Source: Thermodesulfobacteriota bacterium (GTDB taxonomy: Bacteria; Desulfobacterota; Desulfobulbia; Desulfobulbales; SURF-16). Taken from it: a DNA stretch of 56,858 bases. The DNA lies in the NCBI GenBank assembly GCA_040755455.1, contig JBFMAY010000009.1:1-56858 (forward strand), read 5' to 3'. The notes under the pieces are model-generated. The model worked only from the letters and a program-made list of their open reading frames with translations. It searched no databases and had not been told where the DNA came from. The translations under genes were made by a program, and so were the position numbers. Each line of letters starts with the position of its first letter. Position 1 is the stretch's first letter. Below, piece after piece: positions 56,589 to 56,858 of this stretch.

Positions 56589-56858
56589 ATGTTGAGTAAG
56601 TATGAAGTGGATATCCTGTTGTCGACCTACAATGGGGAGAAGTTCCTCGGCGAATTGCTGGATTCGCTTTTTTGTCAAACTTGCCAGAATTGGCGCCTGG
56701 TTGTCCGTGACGATGGTTCAAAAGATAACACTAAAAAATATGGGCAGGATAAAATCGTTTTAGTGCCTGATGGTTTAGGGAATCGCGGACCAAAAGAGAG
56801 TTTTGGGCAATTAATGGAATACTCTCAGGCGCCGTATGTCATGTTTTGCGACCAGGAT
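56589..56858 (+). CDS. GT2 glycosyltransferase (rhamnosyltransferase-like), runs off the window
   Basis: ILLSTYNGEKFL, RDDGSKDNT and MFCDQD motifs; absent from the ORF track because it has no stop in the window. Confidence 0.88.
   Translation, partial: MLSKYEVDILLSTYNGEKFLGELLDSLFCQTCQNWRLVVRDDGSKDNTKKYGQDKIVLVPDGLGNRGPKESFGQLMEYSQAPYVMFCDQD

Overview
A 56.9-kb bacterial chromosomal window. Gene content and protein style suggest a Desulfobacterota (Desulfobulbales-like) deltaproteobacterium; this is an inference, not a search result. The left end has a sigma54-driven DUF2202 gene, a 223-bp IS1595-family miniature element and an intact IS4/IS701-like IS. Next come mgtE (behind a long structured leader with an MgtL-like uORF), DsrE, a large lytic transglycosylase, a PEP-CTERM gene and small housekeeping genes. 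At 13.3-14.9 kb lies an AT-rich integron-type gene cassette (AAA+ ATPase) bounded by attC-like sites, with no integrase in the window. The middle holds a CBM/glycosidase-like protein, a CPA2-USP antiporter, malic enzyme, yejABEF, an HD-MshEN-GAF protein, leuCD, a sigma54 cohesin-dockerin + PEP-CTERM pair, an RlmD-like methyltransferase and a WYL/macrodomain/ARPP-1-like module. The right third is a type IVa pilus locus: fimT-pilW-pilV-pilX, a giant pilY1 with nested repeats, a 61-aa Geobacter-type short aromatic-rich pilin plus a PilA-C-like partner, and an xap-like cluster (GT-C/TPR, ABC transporter, UbiA-type phosphoribosyltransferase, Wzx, GT2). No rRNA, tRNA or CRISPR array was seen. All product calls come from motif recognition by eye; no database searches were run.
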